Assembly (NCBI RefSeq): GCF_009914755.1
Contig: NC_060943.1
From: the human T2T-CHM13v2.0 reference genome, Homo sapiens
Length of the DNA stretch: 64,000 bases
Direction: 5' to 3' (one strand)
Shown here: in pieces, positions 38,158 through 57,818 of the stretch
Layout of the letters: every line of letters begins with the position of its first letter
Numbering within the stretch: position 1 is the stretch's first letter
Notes under the pieces: model-generated
The model's input: the letters and a program-made list of their open reading frames with translations, nothing else
Databases searched by the model: none
What the model was told of the DNA's origin: nothing
Translations under genes and position numbers: made by a program

Positions 38158-38281
38158 CTTTGAAGGGGTCAGCTCCTTTAAATGGGTCAGATTTGAAGGG
38201 GTCTTCTGTCTGGAAAGGATCCGGATGCAACTCTTGCGTGTTGTTGCTAAATAACAAGGCTTTATTTTTGAAAGGATCATC
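38158..38281 (-). CDS. EPS15L1: EPS15L1 exon ~17 (124 nt): [41 protein letters not shown](G)
   Basis: Acceptor TTGTAG, donor GTATCT; 5 DPF motifs; phase 0 to 1. Confidence 0.97.
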
Positions 38282-38404
38282 CTACAATTTTGTGAAGAAA
38301 CAGGACAGGGATTTTATTATTTCTGAGTTAAAGCAAAGTACGGAATTCCATACTTAACTCACATTTCCACTTTGAGTAGCATGACCCTAAAAAGAATGAT
38401 TTAG

Positions 38405-38930
<526 letters not shown>

Positions 38931-39080
38931 ATTAATTAAAGATCATTGAAGAAGTATGAACTTGAGTGAATAATAATGTTTAATACTGGTTCATTAGTTG
39001 TGACAAATGTACTATATATGATGTGACTAACAGGAGGAACTGGGTGTGGGATATAGAGGAACTATGCACTATCTTTGCAG

Positions 39081-39396
<316 letters not shown>

Positions 39397-39439
39397 TAAA
39401 TCTAAAAACTATTCTAAAATAAAAGTTCATTAAAAAATC

Positions 39440-39893
39440 ATTGAGTGGAAGCAACTCAAATGTCCATCGATGAATGAATGGATAAACGGAAAAACAAAAT
39501 TTTTTTCTAAGTCAGAAAAAAATAATGAATTTGAAATGTCATCAAGAAAATTGTAACGAGCCACACAACAGAATCTGATTCAGCCTTCAAAAGGAAGCAA
39601 ATTCTGACACATGCTCCAACATGGAAGAACCTTGAGGAGAGGCTGCTGAGTGAAATCACAGTCACAAAACAACACACAAGGTATGATTCCACTTCTATGA
39701 GAACCCTAGAGTCATCACATTCACAGTGACGAAGTAGAACAGTGGCTGCCAGGGGCTGTGGGTGGGGGGATGGGGAGTGGGTATTTCATGGGGATGAAAA
39801 CGTTCTAGAGCTGGGTTCCACAACAATGTGAATATACCTAACACTACTGAACTGTACACTTAAAGACAGTGAAGATGGTCAAGTTTATGTCTA
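39440..39893 (+). mobile_element. L1MB-type 3' end remnant
   Basis: AAATGTCCATCGATGAATGAATGGATAAAC and GTATGATTCCACTTCTATGA motifs. Confidence 0.8.
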
Positions 39894-40203
<310 letters not shown>

Positions 40204-41482
40204 GTTTGTCTATTTTACCTGAAAGTTAAACAATTTTTTTTTAATCAATGAGTCAGAAAAAAATAATAAACTTGGAAATGCCATGAAGAAAACTGTAAAG
40301 AGCCACTCAACAACAGCAGCACAGGCCTCATTTCAGAGGTGTGACCTTCCTCAATCATCCTTTTCTCGGTGAGTATGTACCTAGGTGGGCATTTGGGAAA
40401 ATGGAGTTTTCATACCAAGAAACATGCTGGTTGTTTCTGTCCTATGAGGAAATGAGTACTTATGCAGTTAGAATTACTAGAGCATACACAATGCTTTGCA
40501 TTTTTTTTTTAAAGTGTGTATTTCTAGAAACAAACAGGTTCATTTAAACGAGAAGAAAAAATATTTACTTTTGAAGAGCACATTTTTGTAATGGGAAGTA
40601 GTCTGAAAAGGGTGGGTTTGTCATATACATGGGAACAATACAGTTGGTTTAAATAAGGACTCTGTTTTAGTTAATAAAGACACACCCTCAGTGAAAACAT
40701 GAATGTTTCACTGTGATATTAAAAAAACAGCACAACACCCTCATTGAATTTGGCAGACACACTGGCATTCCTGCGTAGGACTCACAAACCAGTCCAGTAT
40801 TCCAACCGACCAAAACAAAATCATTAAAAAGCCGGGGCGTCCACAAAAATAGGGACAATGGTGTGGGGAAATGACATCAAAGGTCCAAAAGAAAGTTTCC
40901 TAGCAAGGCTGCCACCACCCTGGGGCAGCCAACTTAGGGGTGCAGGACAGTTATGAGAGGTACAGAGTTAAGACAAGCCACCGGTCTGGGCTGTGAATGA
41001 GTGTGAATCAGCATGAGTGCCGCTTCCTCGGCCCCCACTTCAGGAGAATGCACCCACATCCCTGCCATCTGATGAACATGGAATGGTTTTTCTTACCTGG
41101 GAAAGAATAGCTGGAGCCTCCGACCACAGGGTTTTCCCAAGGTGGGGAAACCAAGCCGGGTTCTTAGACAAGTTAAGTACAGATGTCCACAAGCACTGCA
41201 GCTGGAGACAGTGCTGAGTGGACGTCAGGTGCTGACGACCACAAGACACACACGCCCAGCAAGCGTCTGATGGGGGTCTCGGATGCAGATAAAGATGGAG
41301 AAGTCCTACTCTAAAGAAGCCAGGAGGCCCACGTGGAAAATCTGCCTTTCACACTGCCCCATGGAAGGAGGAATGTATTTGTTCCAGAAGAAAGAGAGGA
41401 ATCATGACCTGGATAAAGCAGCGAGTTAAGAATGCCAGCTTGACCTCAGAATGAAAGCTTCTATTTAGTTTGTTTTTAAAGG

Positions 41483-41773
41483 TAGGATCTCACTACGTTG
41501 CCCAGGCTGGAGGGCAATGGCTATTCACAGGTGCAATCCCACTACTGAGCAGCGTGGGAGTTTTGACCTGCTCCGCTTCTGACCAGGGCAGGTTTACCTC
41601 TCCTTAGGCGACTGGTGGTCCCCTGCTCCCAGAAGGTACCATACTGATGACTAACTTAGTGTAGACACCCAATCAGCATAGCACACTACAGCCCAGAACT
41701 CCCGGGCTCAAGGATCCTCCTGCTTCAGCCTCCCAAGTAGCTGGGACTACAGGCACTCGCCACCATGCCTGGC
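41483..41773 (-). pseudogene. RN7SL844P: Full-length 7SL (SRP RNA) retrocopy
   Basis: Reverse complement follows 7SL including the S domain absent from Alu (CTACACTAAGTTAGTCATCAGTATGG, GGAGCAGGTCAAAACTCCC, CCTGTGAATAGCCA); TSD TCTATTTAGTTT at 41460-71 and 41774-85. The pseudogene number is from recall. Confidence 0.9.
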
Positions 41774-42501
41774 TCTATTTAGTTTTTAATTGGCATTTAT
41801 TTATAAGGTTTTTTTTTTTCAGTGTTTTCAGTCGTCACTTGGAAGACTGCCAAGTAACAGTGAACAATGGCAGAGAAGAGACTGAGGTTCTGGGAATGCT
41901 GGCTGCAAGCCCCCTGCACTGACAGTCAGGCCTGCAATCACTTTCTCAGGAGTCATTGGCCTGAAGCCACAATCACTCCTTCCCCTTCCAAGGGGAAGCC
42001 TGAGACCCCAGCAGGATTCAGGAGGTCAGGGTAACTAATAGTGGTTTTGATTCCATTGCACAGAATCAGAGTGGGAAACGAGATTTCCCTGTTACAAAGA
42101 TACCATCAACTCTACCCCTTGCAGACCACCTACTAAGGAGAACAGACCCATCTGCCAACTTGGGGGACACGAGTACAGCAGACAAGGGCCAGGATGAATG
42201 ACACGGCCCTTGGCAGAGATGTAATATCTTGAACAAGTTCAGCAACCAGTGTGAAGTTGTACCCTTCTTAGGAAATACACACGGCAACTCTGAAAGGGGG
42301 CTGAAGAAGCTTCTGTGACATTCCCGCCCTTTAGAGGAGTGCTGGGCAGCAGGGGTGTGCTGGGAATCAGTTCTCTCAGAAAAAAGCCCTGGTTTAGAGC
42401 TTCTGCCAATTCCTGTGGTGTAAACAGTCTCATCATGGTTGATTTCAAGTTTCCAAGCAACTAGCTCACAAGTTCCTGTTTTTTGCTTTTTGGGGTTTTT
42501 T

Positions 42502-42635
42502 TTTTTTTTTTAGAGATTGAGTCTCGCTGTGTCACCCAGGCTGGAGTGCAGTGGCACGCAGCTGGCCTCAAGCAATCCTCCCACCTCAGCCTCCCAAAGG
42601 ACTGGGATTACAGGTGTGAGCCATTGTGCCCGGCC
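42502..42635 (-). mobile_element. Internally deleted Alu
   Basis: Right-arm 3' end fused to left-arm 5' end. Confidence 0.8.
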
Positions 42636-42855
42636 AGTTCCTATTTAATAATCGGTTCTGGAAAGTCAATAAAAACTGGCTCCAGCATGCCACTGGGTCT
42701 GGATGTGACAGATCAATCAACCTTTCTTAATCTGTCCTCAGTAAGGCCTAAGTCTGGGATGATTTATTAGCTTCTCTCCATAAGTTGATTGGATGGTGAG
42801 CAAGAGGTCAATATTCTCATAATCAGATGATAGACAAGAAATAAATATGGCTTTA

Positions 42856-43206
<351 letters not shown>

Positions 43207-45118
43207 TCACACTGCGTGAGCTTCACATGGAATTTAGTAACCTGAGTAGAACTGTCCAAACATAGGAAGTTCCAGATGTACCACTGTGGATACACTATTC
43301 TCAGGGACCTAAAACCCCCAACTTCGACCCACAAGGGAGAACTAAGACACCTCTCTCTCGGCTCTGAAGCAGTCTTGAAGTGTTCAGGAGTAAACAAAAA
43401 TCTCTCTTCCAAGTATTTATTAAGAAATAGAAACAAGCCAGAAAAATGCTTTAAAAACTGTATTTGTACAACAGGATAAAAACAGTTTTTCTTTCGGATG
43501 CCAGTTGCAAGTTTCCATGTAACGTATCTTAATCTACATTCCCAAAGTAATTGTGTCTCAGGTAACCTTTGCCCTGCCCAAAAGATGAACAAAAATAACC
43601 AGAAAGGTAAAAATCTGTCTTTGGAGTTGGGGGAATCACTGGCCACTTGCAAACTGCCACTTCACTGCCAACTTTTATCCAAGAAAACCGGTTTCTAAAA
43701 ACCTGCAAAAGGGACATTTAAGAGGAAGCTGTTCCCTGAACGAAGACTGAGCAGGACAAGCCAAAAGCGGTGCCAGGGGACAATGCCAGATGGGGAAAGT
43801 AGGAGCCGGGTTGTGAGACGGAAACACACACGCCAAGAACAGCCAGGGAGCAAAGCGAGGAGTTCTGGCTTCTCGTAACTCATGAAGGATGAATGCTCAT
43901 CGTTTAAATTTAGACGATAAAGCTGATGATGACGGGCCCGGGGGCGGCTATGGAAACCACCTCATTACGAGTCCACGAGAAAAGAGAGTATGGGAGGAAA
44001 GAGGGAGGCGGTGCACCCAGCGGGGGCCAGACACAAGAGACAGATGAGCTCGCCAGCAGTGCCTTCCCAGCAGCCCAGGGGACGCGTGTGCTTCCCCATA
44101 AATCCTTGGGACTGAGGACTTGGCTGCTGAGAAAAGAAACACATCAAGCATTGAACATAAAGAGGCAAGTGTGGTGTTTAGAGAGCACGAGCGCTCACTC
44201 TTATTCCAGGGAGGAAGAGGAATCCATGACGTACAGAGGCCCAGGAGCAGAAGGGCTCCAGGGAGGAGCCCTGGGAGAGAGGGTGGCAGCACGGAGAGAG
44301 CTGCTGGAGGCAGCAGAGCACCAAGGAAACATCCAGACATGCGCGGCCCGGCCCATCCGCTCCCGGAACAGCACCAAGACGAAATGGGAAACTACATGTC
44401 CCCAGGTTCGAGGCTGCAGGGGCAGACTCTGGTGTGAACAGGGGGGATGTGACCACCTAAGGAAAAGGTCACACCTGTCTTGGTATCAGGGGCTCAAGAG
44501 CTCTCAAAAATGTAAGGGGCCGACAGTCCCCTGCCCCAGGCCTGATCACAACTCCAGGGTCATGAGGTCAGAGTAAAGTGCAGAGGTTTTTAAACATAAC
44601 CAAAATTTCAGGAGAGGCCAATTCTTACTTGAAAGAGCAACACCCTGGGGCGCTGCTTGCCATTACTTCCTCATCTTTAGCAACACATTTGCTTTTCAAG
44701 GTGTTCCTTGTGGAAACACACATACACATAGACACATGCCCCTCAGATGTCCCCTGCCCCCTGATTAGTAGAATGTGGGGTTTCCACAATGAGCAGAAAC
44801 TGATCCAATTTTGGTTAAGTTTGAGAAGCCCTCTGAATTTGGGTGGTTGGCCCAATGTAAATACTTCCGCAGAGATGGAGGGCATTCAAAACAGGTTCTG
44901 AAAGGATCCAGGCCTATCTTGGACTTTGTTCTGGAAGCCAGGATTCAGCATGGCCACCTGTGCCAGGCTGCAAGGCCTGGTGTGAACGCGCAAAGTGGCA
45001 GCAAAAACAACAGACAGCCGCCTGCACTTGGCTGGAACCAACGTTGGCCATGAACAGATCTGGCGGGTGGGATGTTCTGCTGTCACACCAGGGGACCAGA
45101 GCCCCATACTGTAATACG

Positions 45119-45124
45119 TTTATT
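45119..45124 (-). terminator. Intronic AATAAA overlapping the read-through stop of exon ~16 (…GAM-VKVE*)
   Basis: Minus strand reads ATG|GTA AAG GTT GAA TAA ACG; the TAA stop lies inside AATAAA. Confidence 0.6.
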
Positions 45125-45134
45125 CAACCTTTAC

Positions 45135-45299
45135 CATGGCTCCAAAACTGCCCCTCTCTGCCAGGGAGACGCCTTCGCTCAGGTTGGCCAGGTCGGTCAG
45201 GCTGGCACCATGGGCTCCATCGAGCACCTGGTCATACTGCTCCAGGCTCCTGTGGGCCTCCTGGCGGCTTTCATGCAGCTGGGAAAGTTTGCTCCTTGC
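45135..45299 (-). CDS. EPS15L1: EPS15L1 exon ~16 (165 nt): [55 protein letters not shown]
   Basis: Acceptor TTTGTTGCACAG, donor GTAAAG; phase 0 to 0. Confidence 0.97.
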
Positions 45300-45360
45300 C
45301 TGTGCAACAAAGACATCATCAGCATTAAGCAGGGTCAGGAAAACATGTCAGAAAAGACGC

Positions 45361-45697
45361 TTTTTTTTTTTAAAACACAGGGTCTCACTCTGTCACCCAG
45401 ACTGGAATGTAGTGGAGTGATCATAGCTCACTGTAGCCTTGAGCTCCTGACCTCAGGAGCTCCTCCTGCCTCAGCCTCCTGAGTAGCTGGGACTACAGGT
45501 GCGTGTCACCACCTATATTTTTGGGCAACAAACCAAGACCCCATCTCTGCAAAAAATACAAAAAAAATTCTGTATTTTTTGTAGAGATGGGGTCTCGCTA
45601 TGTTGTCCAGTCTGGTCTTGAACTCCTGGCCTCAAGTGATCCTCTTGCCTCAGCCTCCTAAAGTGCTGGGATGACAGGTGTAAGGCACTGCACTGCG
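45361..45697 (-). mobile_element. Alu (AluJ-like) with an internal inverted duplication
   Basis: Reverse Alu containing a forward-oriented copy of its own left-arm end. Confidence 0.87.
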
Positions 45698-46547
45698 CAA
45701 AGCAACATATCTTTGCTCCTGACACCCAACTACAAACTCTAAGGGTTAGAAGAGAAAACACTGAAAGTAATCCTACAGATATTAACCATAAAGCACAAGA
45801 AAGGGTGGTAAATCTCTGAGCGGTCCATGCTTGCGATCAACTGTGGCCTATAAACTGGCTAATGGAGCACAGACAGAGACCAGTTCAATTGGTAAAAGAA
45901 GTGTGCCTGGCCACTCCGACACAGGCGAGGGCCAGTGTCACAACCACTGTGTAGACTGGATGCCCAGGGCCAGGACAGAGGCCTTCATCTACTGCCCACA
46001 GGAGAGCAGGGAAGGGCAACGGCTGCAGGCCACGAGAAGCCAGCGCCCCCCCCTGGACTGGGAAGAGGGTGGGGGCGTCCCAGGCAGCTTAGAGAATGGG
46101 GGTCCTGCATGGCGTGATGCTCCAGGGTGGCGCCTCCTGAACACACCAGTGGCTGTGGAGGATGACGTCTGTTCTCTTGCCCAAGGACAAAGAAGTCATC
46201 TCTCTGACTTTGTCCCTCTTGTTTGTGTGAGGACCAGGCTGGAAAGAACCCCAAGTTCTCTCCAAATGAGCCATTAATTAAGTGTTCCCACCCCACCCCG
46301 CCTACTCCTTGAAGATGCTGTGTGCTCAGGAAAGGAAAGTGAACTCCTCCAGGCCAATGCCAACAAACTCTGGAACATGCCCTGGGGAGTCCTTGGCCCT
46401 GCGCCTCCAGGCCAGCACCACAGCCTCCCAAAAGAGACCCTCACGTAAGTAACAAGGGTGAGAGCAAAGGAGTTCAGCAGTGGCAGCCTCGGCTCTTGGG
46501 GCTCGCTGGTCCCTGGCATGTGGCAGGGACCCGACTCCGTGAAGTAC

Positions 46548-46745
46548 CTGGTTGATTTCGTCTTGCGTTGACTTCAGGGACTTGATGATGGTTTCCAGCT
46601 GGACTCGCCCAGCCTGAATGCTCTGCTCCAGCTGGGTTTCCTCCTGCTGCAATCGGTTCAGCTCCGACTTGGCTCGGTTCAGATCGTCTTCCTGGGACTT
46701 TAAGTCAGATTCCTGAGATTGGATTTGCGTTTTCAGTGATGAGAT
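46548..46745 (-). CDS. EPS15L1: EPS15L1 exon ~15 (198 nt): [66 protein letters not shown]
   Basis: Acceptor CTCATTTCAG, donor GTACTT; coiled coil; phase 0 to 0. Confidence 0.97.
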
Positions 46746-47402
46746 CTGAAATGAGATGTTAAAAGATGTTAAAGAGATTCACAGTGCAGGATGAAATGGG
46801 ACTCCGAGAAAGAACTCTTAGCCCCCATCCCCGAAACAAGCTAAGCCAGGGACGCAGACACCTAACCCAGGCCCGACACCTGGCTTCCTTACAGGCCTCT
46901 TTCTACACCCAAAATAGAGACACAAATGAAAAGGCAGATGGGCTCATCCCACTGTGGCTAACGGAAGATCACTTTGGAATAATGAGGGGCATGACCAAGC
47001 ACGAACAATCTGTCCATCCCCCCAGAGGCTGAACGTCATAGAGTTTTCTGAGGTTGCAGCCTCCGGGATCTGTGAGGAGCCTCAGAGACACCTGAGGAGG
47101 GGACACAGGCACCCTGGAACTCCCTGTGTTGTGGGGCACAGCCAGGTGGGGTGTGTTCAGGGCACAAGTTCGCAGGGACCAAGGCCATTCACTTATACAA
47201 CCTGACTTCTAGGAGTACAGGGGGGTGGCCAGGAAGTCAAGCCACAGGTGCTTGGACACTTTTCCACGTGGTGTTTGGAGGAACTCTATTGACCCAGTAG
47301 GATGTCTAAGTGTTGTGTTCCCAGGTAACACGAGCTCAGGGGAGTCCTTGGGAAGCCCCTGCCTGTGCATAGGGCGCTGCCCCGGAGGTGGCCGGGACCC
47401 AC

Positions 47403-47564
47403 CATCTGAGTCTCATCCTGGCACTTCTGCCGGACGTCGCTCAGCATGTCTCGGAGCTTGGCCTTCTGCTGGTCCATCTCGTCCAGGCGGTCTTGAGCAT
47501 CCTGTTTCTGAGCCTCGAGCTCCTGCAAACTGCTTGTTTCCCGGTCTAGGTCATTTTGTAATTC
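47403..47564 (-). CDS. EPS15L1: EPS15L1 exon ~14 (162 nt): [54 protein letters not shown]
   Basis: Acceptor CTCCTCCCTAG, donor GTGGGT; overlaps ORF 47286..47528; phase 0 to 0. Confidence 0.97.
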
Positions 47565-49639
47565 CTAGGGAGGAGTTGCAGGGGTTTACGTGAGGATGGG
47601 AAAAATGAAGCATGTCCAAGATAACGGGGGGCAGCCTGGGCCAGAAGTCCAGGGGAAGCCTCCGAAACCACCCACTGTGACCGTGCTCAGGGCCAGCATT
47701 CCGTGCACACCCACGGCCAATGTGTGCCTCTTGGGCTGGAGGCCCAGGGCCACTGTCTCACCAGCTCCCTCAGCAGGTATTTCCCGATGGCCTAACAGAG
47801 GCCAGGTGCGAGAGAAGGGGCTGGGTCCCTGTGAGAAAAAGGCCCCAGCTCCCGGATGACATGCAGCTGTGGCTGCGGAGGGGAACATCACCCAAACGCA
47901 AATAAACGTGGACAAGTGGCACCAAGGGGGTCACAGGGAAACTACAGTCACACCTTGTGGGCAGGGAAGATGCCCACAAAAGCAGCATTTAGGATGGGGC
48001 CAACAGGTGAGCAGGTGCCAGGCAGGTGAAGAGCCAGGGACAGAGCCTGGCGGAGGGAACCACAGGGACCCCAGGGTCGGGGGGTGTCGCACTCCAGCTA
48101 GAGCAAAAGGGAATGGGTGGAGGCATCAGAGGCTGCACCCCACAGGCCACGCCAAGGAGACTGCGCTGGGCTCTGTGGTGGGGAGCCCGGTGGGATGTGT
48201 GAGTGTGGGAGGCGGGACATCATGATTCTGTTTCTGAAGCTCTCTCTGACCCCGTGGGATGGATCCAGATGGTCAGCCCGAGGCTCCAATGCCCCATGAT
48301 TCCACTTCCAAGAAAAGCATCCTGGAAGCATACAGCGTGTGCAGAGGTATACAACGTCTATGACAGCAAAATCCGTAAACAATGCAGATGTCCATGAGGT
48401 GCTGGCTGGAAGGTTCCAGCACAGCCCACACTGTGGGACGCTCCTTGGCCATGGAACGGGATGGCGCCGTGTGCTTTGCCTTACAGTGGGACATGAGCAC
48501 ACTGCATTTGTGCGAACGGGAAGGGGAGGGTATGTGTGGTATGCATCAACCTTTCTGGAAGGCCCCCTCCAGGAGCTCATGAACAGCACCTCCGGGGATG
48601 GGGACACCCAAGAAGAGGGCAGAGGCTTCTCACCTCCTGATTTTCAACCACGCAAATGCATTATCTGTCTTTAAGATAAATAACCAAAGCTGAAATAGCA
48701 CAACGGGCATTGTGACAAGCCTCCTCCCTCCAGCTGCCATGTGGAGCGTGGTGCAAGGGGCCATCAGGACGCAGGAACTGCAGGGGCCTCGGGTGGGGTC
48801 CAGGGAGAGGCAGCAGCAGCTGGGGCCTGAGTGAGGTGGTGGTCGTGAGAATGGAGAGGAGGGGTGGGTTTGCGGGGAGCCATGGCTGGGTGGTGGGGCT
48901 GAGTCCGAGAGCCAGCCTGGGCTGCTGGGGTGGCTGGTGCCCTGAGATAACAAAACCAGAGGTGGCCCAGGGTCTCCCCTCTCCTCACTATGGGGACAAA
49001 AACATCCTGGTGCTTCCCTGCCTCGATAGGCAAATCATGCCTCAGGAAGCTGGGGTCTCCGTTCCCCAGTCTCCCTGCCCCTGGCCTTTCACTTGAGGGC
49101 TGGATCTGGAGGGGACAATCAGGGTCACTTATGGACATGTTCGACAGGAAACTCAGGAGAAAGACTCCAGTGAGTGTGCCAGGAAGGGAAGATGCTGGAA
49201 ACATAAAGTCAGGCGTGTCAGCATCAAGGTGGTATTTAAACACGTGGGAATGGGTGAGGTGTCCAGTGGGGGGCACAGAGAGAGCCTGAGGTAGCCCAAT
49301 GCTCCGAGCGATGCTCCCACCAGGGACGGAAGCCTCTAGAGCCTCCTAAGTCTAACCCTGGCCCCATCACCGGGTAACGCTGGCAGCAACTCCCTGGTGT
49401 CCTGGGCCTCAGGGTTCTAGTTAGCGCCACACTGGCTCCTTCCAGGCCACGGCCCATGGATCCAGGACACTAGGGGCTCCAACACCTTTGGCCTGCCCAG
49501 AGAAGTTCCCTCCTTTACCTCCTCCTCAAACCAAAGATGCCAAAATGTGTACATCACATCCTTCATGCACAGAGCAGAGAATATTTGCCCAGAAGAGGCA
49601 TGACAGGAGGACAAGAGGGAACTCACTGGCCACATGCCG

Positions 49640-50477
<838 letters not shown>

Positions 50478-51079
50478 TGATATATAAAATCAATAAAGCT
50501 GAAATACACAATTGTTTAAACCTTGCTGGGTAATTTTTTGCACATAGTTTCTCCCCCATTTAGGAACCTGAGCTGCAGTTTCCTTCAGGGCAGTCTCCGT
50601 CTTCCCCCTTCATTGAAAAATGTCATTGCTCCGTCAGGCCACAGCGCAGCCAACCCCTGTGACGTGACAACTCCTGGATTCCCCTAGACACTAGTGGAGA
50701 CCCTGGGCCAGAAGGGGTGGCTGCTGATGGGACAGAGACTGTGTCTCCAAACCCCTGAACTGAGGCATTAAGTCTAAGAAGTTTGGGGGTGATAACACAG
50801 AATAACTGAAACAGAGTTAGTTGTGGGAGCTGGGGATGTGGGTGGCCACATCTAAGGGGAGTGATGGATAAGGGAAGGGAAGATGGGAAGAGCGTTAGGC
50901 CGGATGGGGTAGCTCTGGACACCAGGTAACAACAGTGTGGAACTGAAGGAACCTGGACCTCATTCCGTAATGGAGAAGGAGCCATCAGAAAGTCCCAGAG
51001 GGACAAAGACCCACCAGCTCGAGGTTAGGAAGGGGAGCTCAGAGCAAAAAGAAGACAAAAATAACCCCAACAGTCCACG

Positions 51080-54399
<3,320 letters not shown>

Positions 54400-54400
<1 letters not shown>

Positions 54401-54995
54401 ATAGCCATCCTTCAGATTGGTATTAAAATTTGCAGATGCTCAAGTGTGACATAAAACGGTTCAGTGTTTGCATATAACCTACACATGTCCCCTACCCTAG
54501 CACCACCCCATATTACTTATTCATTTATTTTTGAGGCAGGGTCTCACTCTGTTGCCCAGGGTGGAGTGCAGTAGTGCAATCACAGCTCACTACTGCCTTA
54601 AACTCCTGGGCTCAAGTGATTCTCCCACCTCAGCCTCCTGAGTAACTGGGACTACAGACACATGCCACTACACCCGGCTTTTGCAAATATTTTTGTAGAA
54701 ACAGGGTCCCACTGTGTTGCCCAGGCTGGTCTCAAACTCCTGGGCTCAAGCGATCCTCCGGCCTCGGCCTCCCAAAGTGCTGGGATTACAGGTGTGAGCC
54801 ACTACAGCCAGCCTCGTATACTTTAAATCATCTCTAGGTTATTTATAATACCTAATATAATGTAAATGCTATGTAAATAGTTATCATATTGTATTGTTTC
54901 ATCAATTTGGATTATTTTTTATTTTTTTATTTTTTTAATCTGTGGTTGGTTAGATCCAAAGATGCAGAACCCTTGGATACAGAGGGCCAACTTGT
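54400..54995 (+). mobile_element. MER2-type Tigger DNA transposon interrupted by a reverse AluJ (54515-54812)
   Basis: TTTGCATATAACCTACAC, CTTTAAATCATCTCTAG..TTATAATACCTAATA, GATGCAGAACCC..GGATACAGAGGGCCAAC. Confidence 0.8.
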
Positions 54996-55054
54996 CTCAA
55001 TTTTAGAAAAAGAGAAGCCACCGTCTATGGTTATAAGCAACTTTAAAAACTTTA

Positions 55055-55450
<396 letters not shown>

Positions 55451-55472
55451 TATATATATATATTTTTAAAAA

Positions 55473-56445
55473 CTTCTTCTTCTCCGAGAAAACACCGAAT
55501 GGCGGATGACACCGGTGCAGCGGGGGGTGGGGGGGGGGGGTGTCAGAGGCCCTGGGATGGGCAACCACAGTAACTTCCACGGAGGTTTCAGCAGTGGCAT
55601 CTGGGGCTGGGGTCGCGGCCGTGGACAGCACCGGAGCCGGGACCAAGGCCACGGAGCTTGCAGAGGCAAGGCCGAGGATAAGGAGTGGATGCCCATCACC
55701 AAGCTGGGCCGCCTGGTCAAGGACATGAAGATCAAGTCCCTGGAGGAGAGCTATCTCTTCTCCCGCCCATCAAGGAATCTGAGATCATTGACTTTTGCCT
55801 GGGGGGCTCTCTCAAGGATGAGGTTTTGAAGATTATGCCAGTGCAGAAACAGACCCGCGCCGGCCAGTGCACCAGGTTCAAGGCGTTTGTTGCTATCGGG
55901 GACTACAATGGCCACATCGGTCTGGGTATTAAGTGCTCCAAGGAGGCGGCCACTGCCATCCGCAGGGCCATCATACTGGCCAAGCTCTCCATTGTCCCCG
56001 TGTGCAGAGGCTACTGGGGGAACAAGATCAGCAAACCCCACATTGTCCCTTGCAAGGTGACAGGCCACTGCAACTCTGTGCTGGTGTAACTCATCCCCAC
56101 GCCCAGGGGCACTGGCATTGTCTCAGCACCTGTGTCCAAGAAGCTGCTCATGATGGCTAGTATCAATGACTGCTACACCTCAGCCAGGGGCTGCACTGCC
56201 ATCCTGGGCAACTTCGACAAGGCCACCTTTGATGCCATCTCTAAGACCTACAGCTACCTGACTCCCAACCTCTGGAAGGAGACTGTATTCACCAAGTCTC
56301 CCTATCAGGAGTTCACTGACCACCTTGTCAAGACCTACACCAGAGTCTCCATGCAGAGCACCCAGGCTCCAGCTGTGGCTACAACATAGGGTTTTTATAC
56401 AAGAAAAATAAAGTGAATTCAGCCTGAAAAAAAAAAAAACAAAAA
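55473..56445 (+). pseudogene. RPS2P51: Full-length processed pseudogene of ribosomal protein S2 (uS5)
   Basis: Pyrimidine 5' end, ATG at 55499, intronless RPS2 peptides ([53 protein letters not shown]), frameshifts at the G-run (~55530) and ~55765, premature TAA 56087-89, AATAAA 56407-12, poly(A) tail, AAAAACTTC TSD. Parent gene is certain; the number P51 is from recall of the locus. Confidence 0.93.
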
Positions 56446-56585
56446 CTTCATTCTGCAGCCCCCAAGAGCTCATGTTTCCATCCAGGGCAGACCCCTGCCC
56501 TTCCCCACCACCAGCCAGGGAGGGAAGTTTTCCTGAACTACATTTAGCACAAAGTAGATGTAACCAAAACGAACGAGACCCTTAC

Positions 56586-56658
56586 CTGCACCTCGCTGGT
56601 TTTCTGTCTGATTGCCTCTTCCTTTTCTCGAATGTCTTGTTCCAGTGAATATTTCTCT
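56586..56658 (-). CDS. EPS15L1: EPS15L1 exon ~13 (73 nt): (R)[24 protein letters not shown]
   Basis: Acceptor CATTCAG, donor GTAAGG; coiled coil; phase 2 to 0. Confidence 0.97.
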
Positions 56659-56734
56659 CTGAATGTTTAAAAATATTTCATGAAAACAAGAGTGAATAAT
56701 AAGCCTCCACCCCTTCCCAAGGCCTGATTCTGTT

Positions 56735-57818
<1,084 letters not shown>

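Noticed and set aside
43926-44576. 216-aa plus-strand ORF
   Set aside because: Antisense intronic, no domain, promoter or splice support.
55499-56389. RPS2 copy as a functional retrogene (the two frameshifts compensate)
   Set aside because: The ATG frame hits TAA after 24 codons and there is another stop at 56087-89.
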